The notes: a model not told the origin generated them from the letters alone. Positions 1 to 11,163 are shown, counted from the stretch's first letter. The stretch is DNA of 64,000 nucleotides from Nitrosarchaeum sp. (GCA_965223865.1 OZ245020.1:800001-864000), one strand, 5' to 3'. Program-made: numbers and translations.

Positions 1-486
1 CTTGAATCCAACCCGTTCTTGCAGGTCTTCATAACTTTCAAACTTTTTCTTTTCTCTTTCTTCTAGCATTGTCTTCATGTAGGTTTTTCCAATTCCAGGA
101 ATTAGCTCTAGCGCATGAATTCTGGGCGTTAGTGGTCGTGCGTTATTTAGATATTCTACAAATTTAGACTCATTTTCAGTTACAATTTTTTCTACCACTG
201 TTGGTAATTCACTTTGCGTAGAAGATGATACGTGTTCATAATCCATCTTTCCCAATACTGAGAGAACTTTTGTTCTTCCTTCCTTGCCAATGTATATTCT
301 TTCTCCAACTTCAAAAGTAGAGTTTGGAACTCCAAGAACTTCAAGCAATGTCAATCTATCCTCACCGATTGCTGTGATGATAATTCCTTCTCGTCCTCTA
401 ACGGTTGAAGATTTTCCTCTAGGATTAAAATCTAAAACGTATGCATATTCCTCATATTTTCTAGGTGGGGGATGTGCCCTGTACAA
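1..486 (-). CDS. DUF655 family putative nucleic-acid-binding protein (runs off window start)
   Basis: Manual translation MYRAHPPPRKYEEYAYVLDF...LTPRIHALELIPGIGK; follows rpl21e-rpoF in the conserved archaeal order. Confidence 0.85.
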   Translation of the reverse strand, partial: MYRAHPPPRKYEEYAYVLDFNPRGKSSTVRGREGIIITAIGEDRLTLLEVLGVPNSTFEVGERIYIGKEGRTKVLSVLGKMDYEHVSSSTQSELPTVVEKIVTENESKFVEYLNNARPLTPRIHALELIPGIGKTYMKTMLEEREKKKFESYEDLQERVGFK

Positions 487-506
487 AATTAGATACACCT
501 TAAAAA

Positions 507-833
507 TTAAGAATGCTCCTTGATTATTTTGAGCATTTTTTCTAGAGTTTCAGCAAGAATGAGTTTCTTCCATCCAAATGTAAAGGAACGTAGTTCTGCT
601 AGGCTTGTTGGTCTAATGTTTACAATTTCAACAGCTTCTTCTTCTGTCAATTCGCAATCTTTCATTAGTTTCTTTTTCATGTCTTTAGCTTCTTTAGGAT
701 CAATTTGGGCAAATTTGGAGACATAATCAAATGTCCATCGCTGAATTTGGTCCATCTGTTCAGCATCAACTTTTCCTAAAATCTCTTTAACTTCTGAAAG
801 GGAGATGCTTTGTTTCTTTTTTACTTCTTCCAT
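507..833 (-). CDS. rpoF: RNA polymerase subunit F (Rpo4)
   Basis: EAVEIVNIRPTSLAELRS motif; rpl21e-rpoF-DUF655 synteny. Confidence 0.9.
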   Translation of the reverse strand: MEEVKKKQSISLSEVKEILGKVDAEQMDQIQRWTFDYVSKFAQIDPKEAKDMKKKLMKDCELTEEEAVEIVNIRPTSLAELRSFTFGWKKLILAETLEKMLKIIKEHS

Positions 834-835
834 AT

Positions 836-1135
836 CTATACACCGAATGGTTTGATATGATCCAATCGAGTGATTAAGGTTTTCGATTTATTTCCCAATT
901 TCACATCTAATGTGACAGCACGCCTACCAACATCTGTGACAATTCCTACCTTTCCGTGGTATCGTCTGTGTGGTAATCCTTTGTGTTGTCTAGGATCGAT
1001 AATGACAAGTGCCTGCTGGCCCTCATGATACTCTCTGAGTAAGAATGATACTCCTCTTGGAGCTTTTTTCTTCATCACAGATCTAGACTTGTGTTTAAAT
1101 CCATGTGAACGACCAGAAGTTTTCTTAGTTGCCAT
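836..1135 (-). CDS. rpl21e: 50S ribosomal protein L21e
   Basis: HKGLPHRRYHGKVG motif. Confidence 0.95.
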   Translation of the reverse strand: MATKKTSGRSHGFKHKSRSVMKKKAPRGVSFLLREYHEGQQALVIIDPRQHKGLPHRRYHGKVGIVTDVGRRAVTLDVKLGNKSKTLITRLDHIKPFGV

Positions 1136-1193
1136 GTATGAGTAAAACCTCCAAAGACCCTATTTTAACACTTACGAAGTATCCAGGCATATT

Positions 1194-1808
1194 TTAGTGC
1201 AAAACGCCAAAAGAAGATAGTGAATCTTTCAATAGCCGAAAATTTGTAAAATGGATGGCATTTATCCCAGATCTCTTTGCAGCATCGATATTTGATTTCT
1301 TGTCATCAATAAAGATAGTTTGGTTTGGTTCAAATGACAGTTTTTCAATCACATATTCATAAATTCTAGGATCTGGTTTTGAGAAACCAATTTGATAGGA
1401 CATGAATTTGTACTCAAAATTATCCAATACATTCCAATCCTCAACTACGTTGTGAGTAATTTTTTCAATATTTGAGATTATTCCCATCGTGTAAGAATTT
1501 TCTTTGATTATTTTTGCAAGATGGATTACCTCATGATTTATTCTAGCTTTTTTTCTAAAGTACGTATTCCATAATGATTCAGTATTTTCTTTGAGCGATA
1601 TAGAATCTACATCACCTGCAATCTTGTCCCAAAATGTTTTCTCTTCAATCTTTCCTGAATCTAATTCATGAAGATATTTTGAAAATGCGTTTTCAATTAA
1701 ATATTCATTAATTTTAAATCGTTTTGAAATCTTAGATGTAATCCAAGACATGTGCCAATAAACTAAGACCCCTCCGATGTCAAATAATACACATTTTATC
1801 TTCGACAC
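1194..1808 (-). CDS. HAD-superfamily phosphatase
   Basis: LFDIGGV, KPDPRIY, FIDD motifs. Confidence 0.85.
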   Translation of the reverse strand: MSKIKCVLFDIGGVLVYWHMSWITSKISKRFKINEYLIENAFSKYLHELDSGKIEEKTFWDKIAGDVDSISLKENTESLWNTYFRKKARINHEVIHLAKIIKENSYTMGIISNIEKITHNVVEDWNVLDNFEYKFMSYQIGFSKPDPRIYEYVIEKLSFEPNQTIFIDDKKSNIDAAKRSGINAIHFTNFRLLKDSLSSFGVLH

Positions 1809-1863
1809 AAAAAGAAAAGCATTCTAGTCATATTCATACATTACAAAAGTAGAAAAAGAAGAA

Positions 1864-3006
1864 TTACTCTTCTATTGGTTCTGATTCATCTACAGATGTT
1901 TCTGTAGGCTCAACTGTAGTTTTAATATAAGTTGAGTCTGTTGGTGTTTCCACTTTGGGAGCTTCAACTGTTTCTTCTATTTCAGGTTCTTTGGTTTTTT
2001 TGGTGGTTGTTTTTTTAGTTGTCTTTTTTGTTTTCTTTTCAGCCTCTTCTGGGTCCATAACTCCAGCCTCACCTAGTGCAAAAATTATTTCCTCTTCAGG
2101 ATGATGTGGACTATCAACCATTCTTGCAATTCGTTTTTTGCCGGATTTTTTAAAGTATATTCTATATGTACTTGTATGTGCAACTACATTTCCACCAATT
2201 GGACGAGTTGGATCACCAAAGAAGACATCCGGAGATGCCATAACCTGGTTTGTTGCAATTGCAGCACAATTGTATGTCTCTGCAATTCTAGATAACAGAT
2301 GAACAAAATGATTTAGTTTCTGCTGTCTGTTTGAAAGTGTTCCTCTTCCAAGATATTCAGAACGGAACAGGCCTACTGCAGAGTCTGCAACGATTAGTTT
2401 TACATTGTTTTCCTCAATTACGGGTCCTGCCTCCTCTAGAATCAGTGTTTGGTGTGCACTGTTGTATGCACGTGCCACAATGATATTATCAAGAACTTTT
2501 TCAGGATCCATTCCATGCGCTTGTGCAATAGATACAATTCTTTCAGGTCTGAAAGTGTTTTCAGTATCAATATACAACACAGAGCCTTCTAGTCCGCCTT
2601 CCTCTTTTGGTTTCTGAACCATTACAGACATTGTATGTGCAAACTGTGTTTTTCCACAACCAAATTCTCCATAAACTTCTGTGAGTGCTTGTGTTTCAAG
2701 ACCACCATCAAATAATGTATCAAGACAATTTGTGCCTGTTGTAATTTTACCTATTGATTGTCTGTGTTTGTAAATCTCACTTGCACTAACAAAATCTTTA
2801 GCAAGTAATCCTCCTTCAACTAGATGTTGTCTGGCTTTGTTTACAATTTTTTCAGCAGTGTCCTTTTCCATTCCAGTTATTTCTGCAATCTCCACTGGAC
2901 CCCTAACTATCAGATCCATTACATTGTGAACACCCGCATCAGATAATTTTCTAGTAGTTACAGGACCTACGCCCTCTAAACTATCTAATCTTAAATCTTC
3001 TACCAT
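1864..3006 (-). CDS. radA: DNA repair and recombination protein RadA
   Basis: GEFGCGKTQ Walker A, YIDTENTFRPER, N-terminal HhH; Lys/Glu/Thr-rich C-terminal tail. Confidence 0.97.
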   Translation of the reverse strand: MVEDLRLDSLEGVGPVTTRKLSDAGVHNVMDLIVRGPVEIAEITGMEKDTAEKIVNKARQHLVEGGLLAKDFVSASEIYKHRQSIGKITTGTNCLDTLFDGGLETQALTEVYGEFGCGKTQFAHTMSVMVQKPKEEGGLEGSVLYIDTENTFRPERIVSIAQAHGMDPEKVLDNIIVARAYNSAHQTLILEEAGPVIEENNVKLIVADSAVGLFRSEYLGRGTLSNRQQKLNHFVHLLSRIAETYNCAAIATNQVMASPDVFFGDPTRPIGGNVVAHTSTYRIYFKKSGKKRIARMVDSPHHPEEEIIFALGEAGVMDPEEAEKKTKKTTKKTTTKKTKEPEIEETVEAPKVETPTDSTYIKTTVEPTETSVDESEPIEE

Positions 3007-3636
3007 ACCGTATGGTACGGTACCTGTACTTTATAAGAGTATTGTTTTAGGGTTCTGTTAAGTTATGGGGGCATTAGTCAAATTCTTTACGATAAGCTTC
3101 TGAATACGAGTTTAATCCATCTGTGATAATGATTTTTGATTTTGTAAATATTTGCCATATGTCGCTTCATTTCCAATGATTGGTTCTAAATAGGCATCAC
3201 AATCTAATTTTGATTTATCACGACTTGTAGAGTTTGTCAAAGATTTTAGAAAGTCAAATTCATCATTTGATATTATTGGTCCATCTGTAACTATGTGTTC
3301 AGATATTAATCAGAAAGCATCAGATAACGGAGTAGTTATAGGAGGGGACTTGCATGAAAGAGTAAAAAGTTTTAACGAATACAAATTCAAGCAGATTAAA
3401 GATTTCTCGCTGGGCTTCAAATTCTCTTACCCAGTTTATAGTGTAATGAGAAAATAACGAGAGTATTAACAATGATAATCGATTTTGAATTAATAAATTC
3501 TAAAAGAGGAAAAGAGATCATAAATCATCTTGATGCATTGAGTAAAGAGATATGGGATAAAAAACAGCAGTAAAAATCAACAAAAAATTCAAGATAAAGT
3601 TACGAATTAATGGGTTTTACTTAATTGATATTTTTA

Positions 3637-3819
3637 TTATCTTCTCTTTCTTCGTTGGCCAGGTTTATTCTGCCCTGGAACTCTACCAAGAACAAATCTT
3701 TTTTTGAAGTTACTCTTATTTCTGAGGCTGGAATTAGTACCAACTATTTTTCTTCCTTCAACTTTGGGCGTTTGACCTCTTACTTTACCTGCTTTTGTAA
3801 GCGAACCGTGAGTTGCCAT
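3637..3819 (-). CDS. rps30e: 30S ribosomal protein S30e
   Basis: HGSLTKAGKVRGQTPK motif. Confidence 0.95.
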   Translation of the reverse strand: MATHGSLTKAGKVRGQTPKVEGRKIVGTNSSLRNKSNFKKRFVLGRVPGQNKPGQRRKRR

Positions 3820-3859
3820 GTTTTAGTTACCGAGAATAGCGAATTTATGTATTTGTATA

Positions 3860-5584
3860 TTACCAATATTTGGCCTTTACAGTCTCTATGACTTTTTCGT
3901 GTTCATGTCCCTTTTTACGTGCATATCTTTCCATTGCACCTAGTGGAACACCTCCAAGTGATCGCGCAATAGCATTAAAGAAGTATCTCTGTGGACCCTT
4001 GGCACCGGTCTTAGTCATGAATTTTTGAATTCCGTACTTGAAATTGTGTTGCCAAGTCTTGTATAAGACTCCAAGTTGTGCAGGAGTCATTTCATTTCCA
4101 ATGTTAAAGAAGTCAGATTTTTCTAACAACCCAATAGGAACAAATGTCAAAGCAGTAGCAGTAAACATTGATTCTGGCTGTTCATGTTCTAGCTCACTAA
4201 GTAGCCTAATTGTTTCCCAAGAATCTTCAGGCGTCTCATCGTTATCAAGTCCCATAATTAATGTAAATGCAGGAATCCAGTAATGCTGATTTAGGCTTTT
4301 TACGCCCTCTTTGACAACCCAGTGCCATTCATCTGGAGAATATGGTGCAAGTTTTCTGTCTGCATATTTTCCAATCAATCTCAAACTTCCAGTTTCAAAA
4401 CCAGCCTGTACACCAATCATATTATCAGGTCCAGATTTGATTATTTTTGATAGATTTGGAATTAGTTTTTCATCAGCAATAGCTCCGGCCAATGTACCAT
4501 GTGTGGGGTTTGTATGTTCAACACCTGTAGACATGATTGCAGTAAACAATTCCTCAAGGGCTTCTCTATTTGGTTCCATTCCTTTTGCAGTTCGAGGGTC
4601 CATTCCATAAACAAAGATGTCATCACTATGAATCCATGCAGATTTTGAACCGCCTTTTCTCATGTTAATTTCAATTTCTTTTTTGACTTTTTCAGGAGGA
4701 TAGTATCTTAATGATCTTAATGTTACATCGCAGAATTTACAACCTCTTCCACATCCTCGCATAACTTCAACCATTCCGTGCATGCTTGGTTCAACAATGT
4801 CAGGAATTTCATCTAATTCAGGTCTATCCCAGAAATTTACAAATCTTCCATGGAGTTTTCTTCCATTTCTTTCAAATTCCTTGATGTTTACTTTAAAGTC
4901 ACTTCTCTTTCTGAAAGGATCCATGTTTTCAAAATCTCCGTTAATTAAGTAGTTGAAAAATCTACCAGCATGTCCGTCAATCTCAGGTGCAATTCCTCCA
5001 AGCTCTCCTTCTAAAATTGCATAAATTCCAAACTCTTCAATTTTTTCTGGATCATAGTTGTATTGCCAAGTTCCTGATGCACCAGAAATTACTTTTGCTT
5101 TACTTCCAGTTTTTGCTTTTGCAGCTTTGATTCTATGATGAAGTTCAGTATTGTAAAGCTCATCATATGAAATTTGTTTTCTACCATAAGTAAATGTCAT
5201 TGTTACTGGACCCATTCCAAGAGGATCCATTTCGTATGTACCTACAACTTGAGTCTCTGGTCCAATAAATTGTTCGATATGATCAGGATGAGCTACTACT
5301 ACTTCATCTCTTCTAAAACCGTCTCGAAGCAAACCTGCCTCAAGTTTTCTGAGTCCATATGGAGCATACTTTGCAACTCCGTTTGTATGAGGAATGTAAT
5401 TGCAAATAAAATCAAATAATATTTTGGGAGTAACCTGTTTTCCTAAAATTTTATACCAAAAGCTGCTTTTATCTCGATTTGGATCAATTGCTGGTGCACA
5501 TCCGAAAAATGTAGCTAACGATAATCCCCGATACGGAGACATCAAAGTTCGATCAGCTGTCAGTACGATCTTTGGGGTACCCAT
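3860..5584 (-). CDS. Radical SAM protein (B12-binding-domain-like N-terminus)
   Basis: RGCGRGCKFC CxxxCxxC; APYGLRKLEA motif; ATG at 5584 preferred. Confidence 0.85.
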   Translation of the reverse strand: MGTPKIVLTADRTLMSPYRGLSLATFFGCAPAIDPNRDKSSFWYKILGKQVTPKILFDFICNYIPHTNGVAKYAPYGLRKLEAGLLRDGFRRDEVVVAHPDHIEQFIGPETQVVGTYEMDPLGMGPVTMTFTYGRKQISYDELYNTELHHRIKAAKAKTGSKAKVISGASGTWQYNYDPEKIEEFGIYAILEGELGGIAPEIDGHAGRFFNYLINGDFENMDPFRKRSDFKVNIKEFERNGRKLHGRFVNFWDRPELDEIPDIVEPSMHGMVEVMRGCGRGCKFCDVTLRSLRYYPPEKVKKEIEINMRKGGSKSAWIHSDDIFVYGMDPRTAKGMEPNREALEELFTAIMSTGVEHTNPTHGTLAGAIADEKLIPNLSKIIKSGPDNMIGVQAGFETGSLRLIGKYADRKLAPYSPDEWHWVVKEGVKSLNQHYWIPAFTLIMGLDNDETPEDSWETIRLLSELEHEQPESMFTATALTFVPIGLLEKSDFFNIGNEMTPAQLGVLYKTWQHNFKYGIQKFMTKTGAKGPQRYFFNAIARSLGGVPLGAMERYARKKGHEHEKVIETVKAKYW

Positions 5585-5635
5585 ATCCTTCAACGCAATA
5601 ATTTCGCGATTTGCTTTAAACCTTGCTGGAAATAT

Positions 5636-6454
5636 CTAATAATTTTCAAGAATTCCAGCCTTGTTTCTATGAAAATGACCAAATTCAGGGTTAGAAAGTA
5701 GGTGTTTCCCATCAAAGACAGTACCATCTCTGCAAACCAAATCTTCACCCATACAACAGCTTCCACATATACCAACGCCACATTTCATCATACGCTCAAG
5801 ACTAGCTTGAACAAAAAGACCCTTAGAATGAGCAGACTGAACGGTTTTAAACATCATTATTTCAGGGCCACATGTGTAAACACCATCGTAATAATTTTCA
5901 TTAATTAATTTCTCGACCATGTTCGTGACATAACCTTTTTCTCCATAACTTCCATCATCTGTGGTTACGATTACCTGATGAGAATTTTTTTCCAAAAGAT
6001 TATTTGCTAAATCTTCAAAGAAAACCTCATCTTTTGATTTTGCCCCTATTAGAACAGTAACATTGTCATCGGGTTTTACAAAAGTTAGTAATCGCATCAT
6101 TGGAACAAGTCCAGTACCGCCACCAACAAGCAAAAGTTTTCCTTGTTTCAAATTAAAAGAATTTCCATATGGACCTCTGACACCAATCTTATCTCCGACT
6201 TTAACATTAAACAAGCCAGTTGATGCAGGACCATGTTTTCGTACTGTAAATGCAGCTTTTCCAGATTCATTAGCAATCATAACACTCATTGGCAGTTCAT
6301 TTATTCCAGGAACCCAAACCATTGCAAATTGTCCTGGAAGAACACTTGACATTATTTCATCAGAAAAAACAAGAGTCCTTACAGTAGGTGTTTCATCAAT
6401 GATTTTTTCTATTTTGCAAATTTTTGGATGATTATGATTTCTTTGCAAGACCAA
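5636..6454 (-). CDS. pyrK: Dihydroorotate dehydrogenase electron transfer subunit
   Basis: RGPYGN, GGGTG, CGVGICGSC 2Fe-2S motif; next to pyrD. Confidence 0.93.
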   Translation of the reverse strand: MVLQRNHNHPKICKIEKIIDETPTVRTLVFSDEIMSSVLPGQFAMVWVPGINELPMSVMIANESGKAAFTVRKHGPASTGLFNVKVGDKIGVRGPYGNSFNLKQGKLLLVGGGTGLVPMMRLLTFVKPDDNVTVLIGAKSKDEVFFEDLANNLLEKNSHQVIVTTDDGSYGEKGYVTNMVEKLINENYYDGVYTCGPEIMMFKTVQSAHSKGLFVQASLERMMKCGVGICGSCCMGEDLVCRDGTVFDGKHLLSNPEFGHFHRNKAGILENY

Positions 6455-7343
6455 TCATCTCCTCAATTTTTGAAAAACCATTATCATTCATGTATTTTTT
6501 TATTCCATTGTTAATATCATTGAATATATTTACCCAATGATCACCAAGTGCACTTCCTAATTGAACAGAAGATGCTCCTGCTAAGAAAAATTCTACGGCA
6601 TCTTCCCATGTTGAGACTCCTCCACAACCAATTATTGGAATTTCATATTTTGAAGAAATTTCATAAACACATCTAAGTGCAACAGGTTTTATTGGTGTAC
6701 CTGATAAACCACCAAACTTGTTACTCAGAATAGGTCTTTTTGTATCAACATCAATTGCCATTGCTCTAATTGTATTGATTGCAGTAATTGCATCAATGCC
6801 AGACTCTATTGCAGTTGCTACTGTATTGAGATAATGAGTCGTTCCCAGACCTACTTTAGCAATTACTGGAACAGGGGTTGTATTTTTGACGGTAGTTACA
6901 ATTTTTTTAACTAATTCAGGATCATCTCCTACTTCAAGACCAACTTTGGCAACATGAGGACAAGAAAGATTTAGCTCATATGCAGTAACATTACAATTTG
7001 CAAATTGTTTTACCATAAATTCAAAGTCCTCAGGAATAGAACCAACTAAGCTAACAATTATTGGGACATCCTTGTTTGTTTCTATCATTTTTGCAAAATA
7101 TGGAGCACCAGGATTTGAAAGTCCGACTGCATTAATCCATCCTCCGCCTTTCACGCTAAAGATGGTAGGATTAGCATAACCGTCCCAAGGTTCTTTACTT
7201 AGAGATTTTGTTACAACTGCTCCAGCTCCTGAGCGGTATAATCGATTAAAAACATCAAGAGATATTCCCAAAATGCCAGATGCCAACATTATAGGCCTCT
7301 CTAGGCGGATTTTACCTATAGAAGTAGCAAGACTTAATTCCAC
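6432..7343 (-). CDS. pyrD: Dihydroorotate dehydrogenase, catalytic subunit
   Basis: ELNLSCP, GGLSG, IIGCGGV motifs. Confidence 0.95.
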   Translation of the reverse strand: MELSLATSIGKIRLERPIMLASGILGISLDVFNRLYRSGAGAVVTKSLSKEPWDGYANPTIFSVKGGGWINAVGLSNPGAPYFAKMIETNKDVPIIVSLVGSIPEDFEFMVKQFANCNVTAYELNLSCPHVAKVGLEVGDDPELVKKIVTTVKNTTPVPVIAKVGLGTTHYLNTVATAIESGIDAITAINTIRAMAIDVDTKRPILSNKFGGLSGTPIKPVALRCVYEISSKYEIPIIGCGGVSTWEDAVEFFLAGASSVQLGSALGDHWVNIFNDINNGIKKYMNDNGFSKIEEMIGLAKKS

Positions 7344-7429
7344 TTTGATTCGTAAATCAAGTTTTGAATATAACAGTTGATTCGCATGTTTCTGTACCTT
7401 TTTTAAAGGAGACTCTGAATGAGCTAGTC

Positions 7430-8680
7430 ATGTATTCTGTGATTTTAACAGAATTGGGAATTTCAGTTTTCAAAGATGAAAAACTTGAAAAATCATTTCC
7501 ATTCTCCAATTTGGTAAAAGATTATCTAGATATTAAGAAAAAAGAAGCAAGATTAAATGACCTTGTGGAATTTCTTGGTTCCATTCAAAGAAGTGTTTTA
7601 GTCAGCGATGAAGCACTACTTGCAATACTAAAAAAAAAATATATTGATTCTCAATTAATGGATGAATCAGAATTAGAAAGAATTCAATCTTCTAAACCAC
7701 AGATTATTGTAGAGTCAGGTTTTGCTGTAAATATTCAAGATGCTCTAGGAAAGCTAAGAGAATTTGCAATGGGATTATCATCTACAAAAGTTACAGAAGT
7801 TTCTGAGAGTCCAGATCTTCATATAATTCAAGCAATTAATTCCCTTGATGAAATTGACAAAATCGCAAATGCATTGAGTTCACGATTACGTGAGTGGTAT
7901 GGATTACACTTTCCAGAATTAGACAATGTTATTGATAGTATTAATGGATATGCTCAAATTGTAATAGCAGGAAAACGTGACTCTTTATCAAAAGAAATCT
8001 ATGAAGATGCAGGTTTTCCTGATTCAAAAGTTGAAATGCTGTCATTAATTGCCTCAAAGAGTAGAGGAGGAGATATTTCAGATGTCAATCTTGCAATTGT
8101 TCAATCTATTGCAAAACAGATTCTAGATTTTCACGATTTACGAAAAAAAATAGAGGATCATATTGAATCTGAGATGGAATCTATTGCACCAAATATTTCT
8201 GCAATTCTTGGAACCGCAGTAGGTGCAAGAATATTATCAAGAGCAGGAAGTCTAAGAAGATTAGCATCAATGCCTGCAAGCACTATACAGGTACTTGGTG
8301 CAGAAAAGGCTCTTTTCAGATCTTTGAAGACAGGGTCTCAACCACCAAAACATGGATTGCTATTCCAGCATTCAATGGTTCATGCTGCACCAAGATGGCA
8401 AAGAGGAAAAATAGCTAGAGCAATTGCTGCAAAAGCAGTTATTGCCGCTAGAGTAGACGTTTACGGAGAAGGGCTCAACAAAACTTTGCTTGAAAAGCTC
8501 AATGTAAGAGTGGACGAAATTGGAAAGAAATACGAAGAGCCATCCGAAAAAGACACTAGAAAACCAGAATCATTTAGACGCGATAAAAGTAATTTTGGCA
8601 GAAGAAAGGATTCTAGAAGAAGAGATGGCGGAGATTCTAGAAAAAAGAGTAAAAAGAGAAAAAAGTTTGGAAGAAGATAA
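7430..8680 (+). CDS. nop5: Nop5/Nop56 box C/D sRNP protein
   Basis: REWYGLHFPEL, PASTIQVLGAEKALF, PPKHG; ATG at 7430 preferred. Confidence 0.95.
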   Translation: MYSVILTELGISVFKDEKLEKSFPFSNLVKDYLDIKKKEARLNDLVEFLGSIQRSVLVSDEALLAILKKKYIDSQLMDESELERIQSSKPQIIVESGFAVNIQDALGKLREFAMGLSSTKVTEVSESPDLHIIQAINSLDEIDKIANALSSRLREWYGLHFPELDNVIDSINGYAQIVIAGKRDSLSKEIYEDAGFPDSKVEMLSLIASKSRGGDISDVNLAIVQSIAKQILDFHDLRKKIEDHIESEMESIAPNISAILGTAVGARILSRAGSLRRLASMPASTIQVLGAEKALFRSLKTGSQPPKHGLLFQHSMVHAAPRWQRGKIARAIAAKAVIAARVDVYGEGLNKTLLEKLNVRVDEIGKKYEEPSEKDTRKPESFRRDKSNFGRRKDSRRRDGGDSRKKSKKRKKFGRR

Positions 8681-9341
8681 TCAATCATATTTCTGGATAA
8701 AAACAGAAGGGGAAAGCAAATTAGCTACTGAGAATTTAGTGGTAGGAAATCAAGTATACAAAGAAAAGTTAATCACAAAAAAAGGAATAGAGTATAGATT
8801 ATGGGATCCTTTTAGAAGTAAATTAGCAGCTGCTATAATGAATGGATTAGAAGAATTTCCATTTAAAAATAAATCAACTGTTTTGTATCTAGGAGTCTCT
8901 ACAGGTACCACGGTAAGCCATATTTCTGATATTGTAGGTCCTAGTGGCATAATATTTGGTGTAGAACATGCAAGTAGGGTTGCAAGGGATTTTTTAGACA
9001 GGGTTGCGTCATACAGAAAAAACATCATTCCAATTTTACAGGATGCTAGAAAACCAAAGGAGTATTTTTCTGTATTTGGTAAAGTAGATGTAGTTTATGT
9101 AGATATTGCTCAACCCGATCAAACAAAAATTGCAATTGAGAATTGCAATATTTATCTGAAAAAACAAGGATATTTCTTTTTGGTAATCAAAACTAGAAGT
9201 ATAGATGTTACAAAATCACCAAAACAGATTATTGAAGAGGAAGTTAAAAAAATAAAATCAAATTTTGATATTTTACAAATAATTGATCTTCATCCATATG
9301 ATAAGGATCATGCAATAGTTATTGCAAAATCATTAAGATGA
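8667..9341 (+). CDS. flpA: Fibrillarin-like rRNA/tRNA 2'-O-methyltransferase
   Basis: YRLWDPFRSKLAAAI, VLYLGVSTGTTVSHISD, DIAQPDQ; TTG start overlapping nop5 end. Confidence 0.95.
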   Translation: MEEDNQSYFWIKTEGESKLATENLVVGNQVYKEKLITKKGIEYRLWDPFRSKLAAAIMNGLEEFPFKNKSTVLYLGVSTGTTVSHISDIVGPSGIIFGVEHASRVARDFLDRVASYRKNIIPILQDARKPKEYFSVFGKVDVVYVDIAQPDQTKIAIENCNIYLKKQGYFFLVIKTRSIDVTKSPKQIIEEEVKKIKSNFDILQIIDLHPYDKDHAIVIAKSLR

Positions 9342-9959
9342 GTTAAAATTCAAAATTTTCTGAGTGGGTTTCCAACTTTTTCGCACAAATGTTGGAATGG
9401 TTTTGTGTGTTTTATAGTAGGATTTTACAAAGTTTATAGTCTTTGAGTCAGATGGATATCCGCTACCAATATTATAGTTTTTTCTGAGCCTAGAAATTGA
9501 TCTATCTCTTGAAACTTTGGCAATGATTGACGCCGCAGAAACTATAACAAACTTGCTATCAGCATGATGATAGGACTTGATTTTTTTATTATTTGATAAG
9601 ATTGAAATTTCTTTTCCAAATCTTTGGGGATTAACATCACATGAATCAACATAAGACGTATCAGGATCAAGTTTTGAAATTACTTTTGCCATATATTTTG
9701 CTTCTAGATGATTTAGATTATGTTTTATTACACTTGCATCAATAGATTTTGGAAAAATTCTCACTACACAGTAATCATCCACTAAAGAAATAATTTTTTT
9801 GTAGAGTTCTTCGCGTGATTTTGAAGGTAATTTTTTTGAGTCTTTAACTCCAAGAGACGATAGTTTTCGAAGTTTTGTTTTATTAAGAGAGATCCCAGCT
9901 ATTACAAGTGGACCCAACATAGAACCACGTCCTGCATCGTCTACTCCACAAATTTGCAC
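9333..9959 (-). CDS. rnhB: Ribonuclease HII
   Basis: GVDDAGRG, DSKKL, SAASIIAKV, GSGYPSD. Confidence 0.95.
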   Translation of the reverse strand: MQICGVDDAGRGSMLGPLVIAGISLNKTKLRKLSSLGVKDSKKLPSKSREELYKKIISLVDDYCVVRIFPKSIDASVIKHNLNHLEAKYMAKVISKLDPDTSYVDSCDVNPQRFGKEISILSNNKKIKSYHHADSKFVIVSAASIIAKVSRDRSISRLRKNYNIGSGYPSDSKTINFVKSYYKTHKTIPTFVRKSWKPTQKILNFNSS

Positions 9960-10020
9960 AAATTTTGTCTTTGAATTAGAGTATTAAACCATTATAGGTT
10001 TAAGAACTATAGAAAAATAA

Positions 10021-11163
10021 TTGCAAATTCCAGATGAAGATTTTAAAGATATAATAGAAGGTAAAACGAAATTATGTGTTCCTAAAAAATCAATTACAGA
10101 AAAAGTACCTCCAAAAGAACCAGCATTTTTCAATCCAAAAGCAAAATTGAATAGAGATTTGTCAATTATTGCATATGCATCATTTCTAAAAAATTTTGAA
10201 GGGCCAAAAATCTTTCTTGAAGGATTATCAGGATTAGGAGTCAGAGGTTTGAGAGTAGCAAATGAATTAGATGTAGATAATATTGTAATAAATGATCTAA
10301 ATCCCACTGCGCTTAAACTAGCTGCACATTCTGCAAAATTAAATAATTTAAAAAATATCAAGTTTTCTGAAAAAGAAGTTTGTAGATTTTTTAGTGATTA
10401 TTCCAAAAAGGGAGAAAGAGGCTCAATTGTAGATATTGACCCATTTGGTTCACCTACACCATTTTTTGATTGTGGTGTCAGGGCAACAATGCATGGAGGG
10501 ATTCTATCTGCTACTGCAACAGATCTACAAGTATTAAATGGATTATTTCAGAATGCATGCAAAAGAAAATACGGAGGAGTGCCGATAAGAGTAGAGTATG
10601 GAAATGAGATTGCTATCAGGCTCATTCTAGGATGTCTTAGATTGGTTACAGGAAGATTAGGAGTAAAAATAGTTCCTCTTTTTGTTGAAAGTGACATGCA
10701 CTATTACAGAACTTATGTTAGGATTTTGAATCGGCCAGACCAAGAAGAAAATATTGGATATATTGTGCATTGTAAAAATTGTGGAAACAGAAAAACATCT
10801 CTTGAACAGATTCACAAATGCGAGTTATGTAAATCAAAAAACATTTTTGCTGGGCCTCTTTGGATTGGAAAAGTTTTTGAGAAAGAATTTGTAGAAAATA
10901 TGCTAAACGAAATTCCAAATTTTACAGTGGAGAAAGCTTGTGAAAAAACATTACAAAAATGTTTAGTTGAATCTGAAATGCCTGGAACTTATTTTACACT
11001 AGATGAAGTTGCATCAAAATTAAAATCATCACCCCCAAAACTAGAAGAGGTTATTTCTAGACTTGGAAAAAATGGATATATTTCTAGTCCAACTTCCTTT
11101 TGTTCTACAGGTTTTAAGACTAATGCCACCATTGAGCAGATTATGAAATTAGCCTTTTCTTAG
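10021..11163 (+). CDS. trm1: tRNA (guanine26-N2)-dimethyltransferase
   Basis: FFNP..LNRDLS, DIDPFGSP, GPLWIG. Confidence 0.93.
   Translation: MQIPDEDFKDIIEGKTKLCVPKKSITEKVPPKEPAFFNPKAKLNRDLSIIAYASFLKNFEGPKIFLEGLSGLGVRGLRVANELDVDNIVINDLNPTALKLAAHSAKLNNLKNIKFSEKEVCRFFSDYSKKGERGSIVDIDPFGSPTPFFDCGVRATMHGGILSATATDLQVLNGLFQNACKRKYGGVPIRVEYGNEIAIRLILGCLRLVTGRLGVKIVPLFVESDMHYYRTYVRILNRPDQEENIGYIVHCKNCGNRKTSLEQIHKCELCKSKNIFAGPLWIGKVFEKEFVENMLNEIPNFTVEKACEKTLQKCLVESEMPGTYFTLDEVASKLKSSPPKLEEVISRLGKNGYISSPTSFCSTGFKTNATIEQIMKLAFS

Noticed and set aside
3010-3630. Long gap between radA and rps30e with broken minus-strand frames
   Set aside because: May be a decayed gene, but no recognisable motif or structure supports a call.
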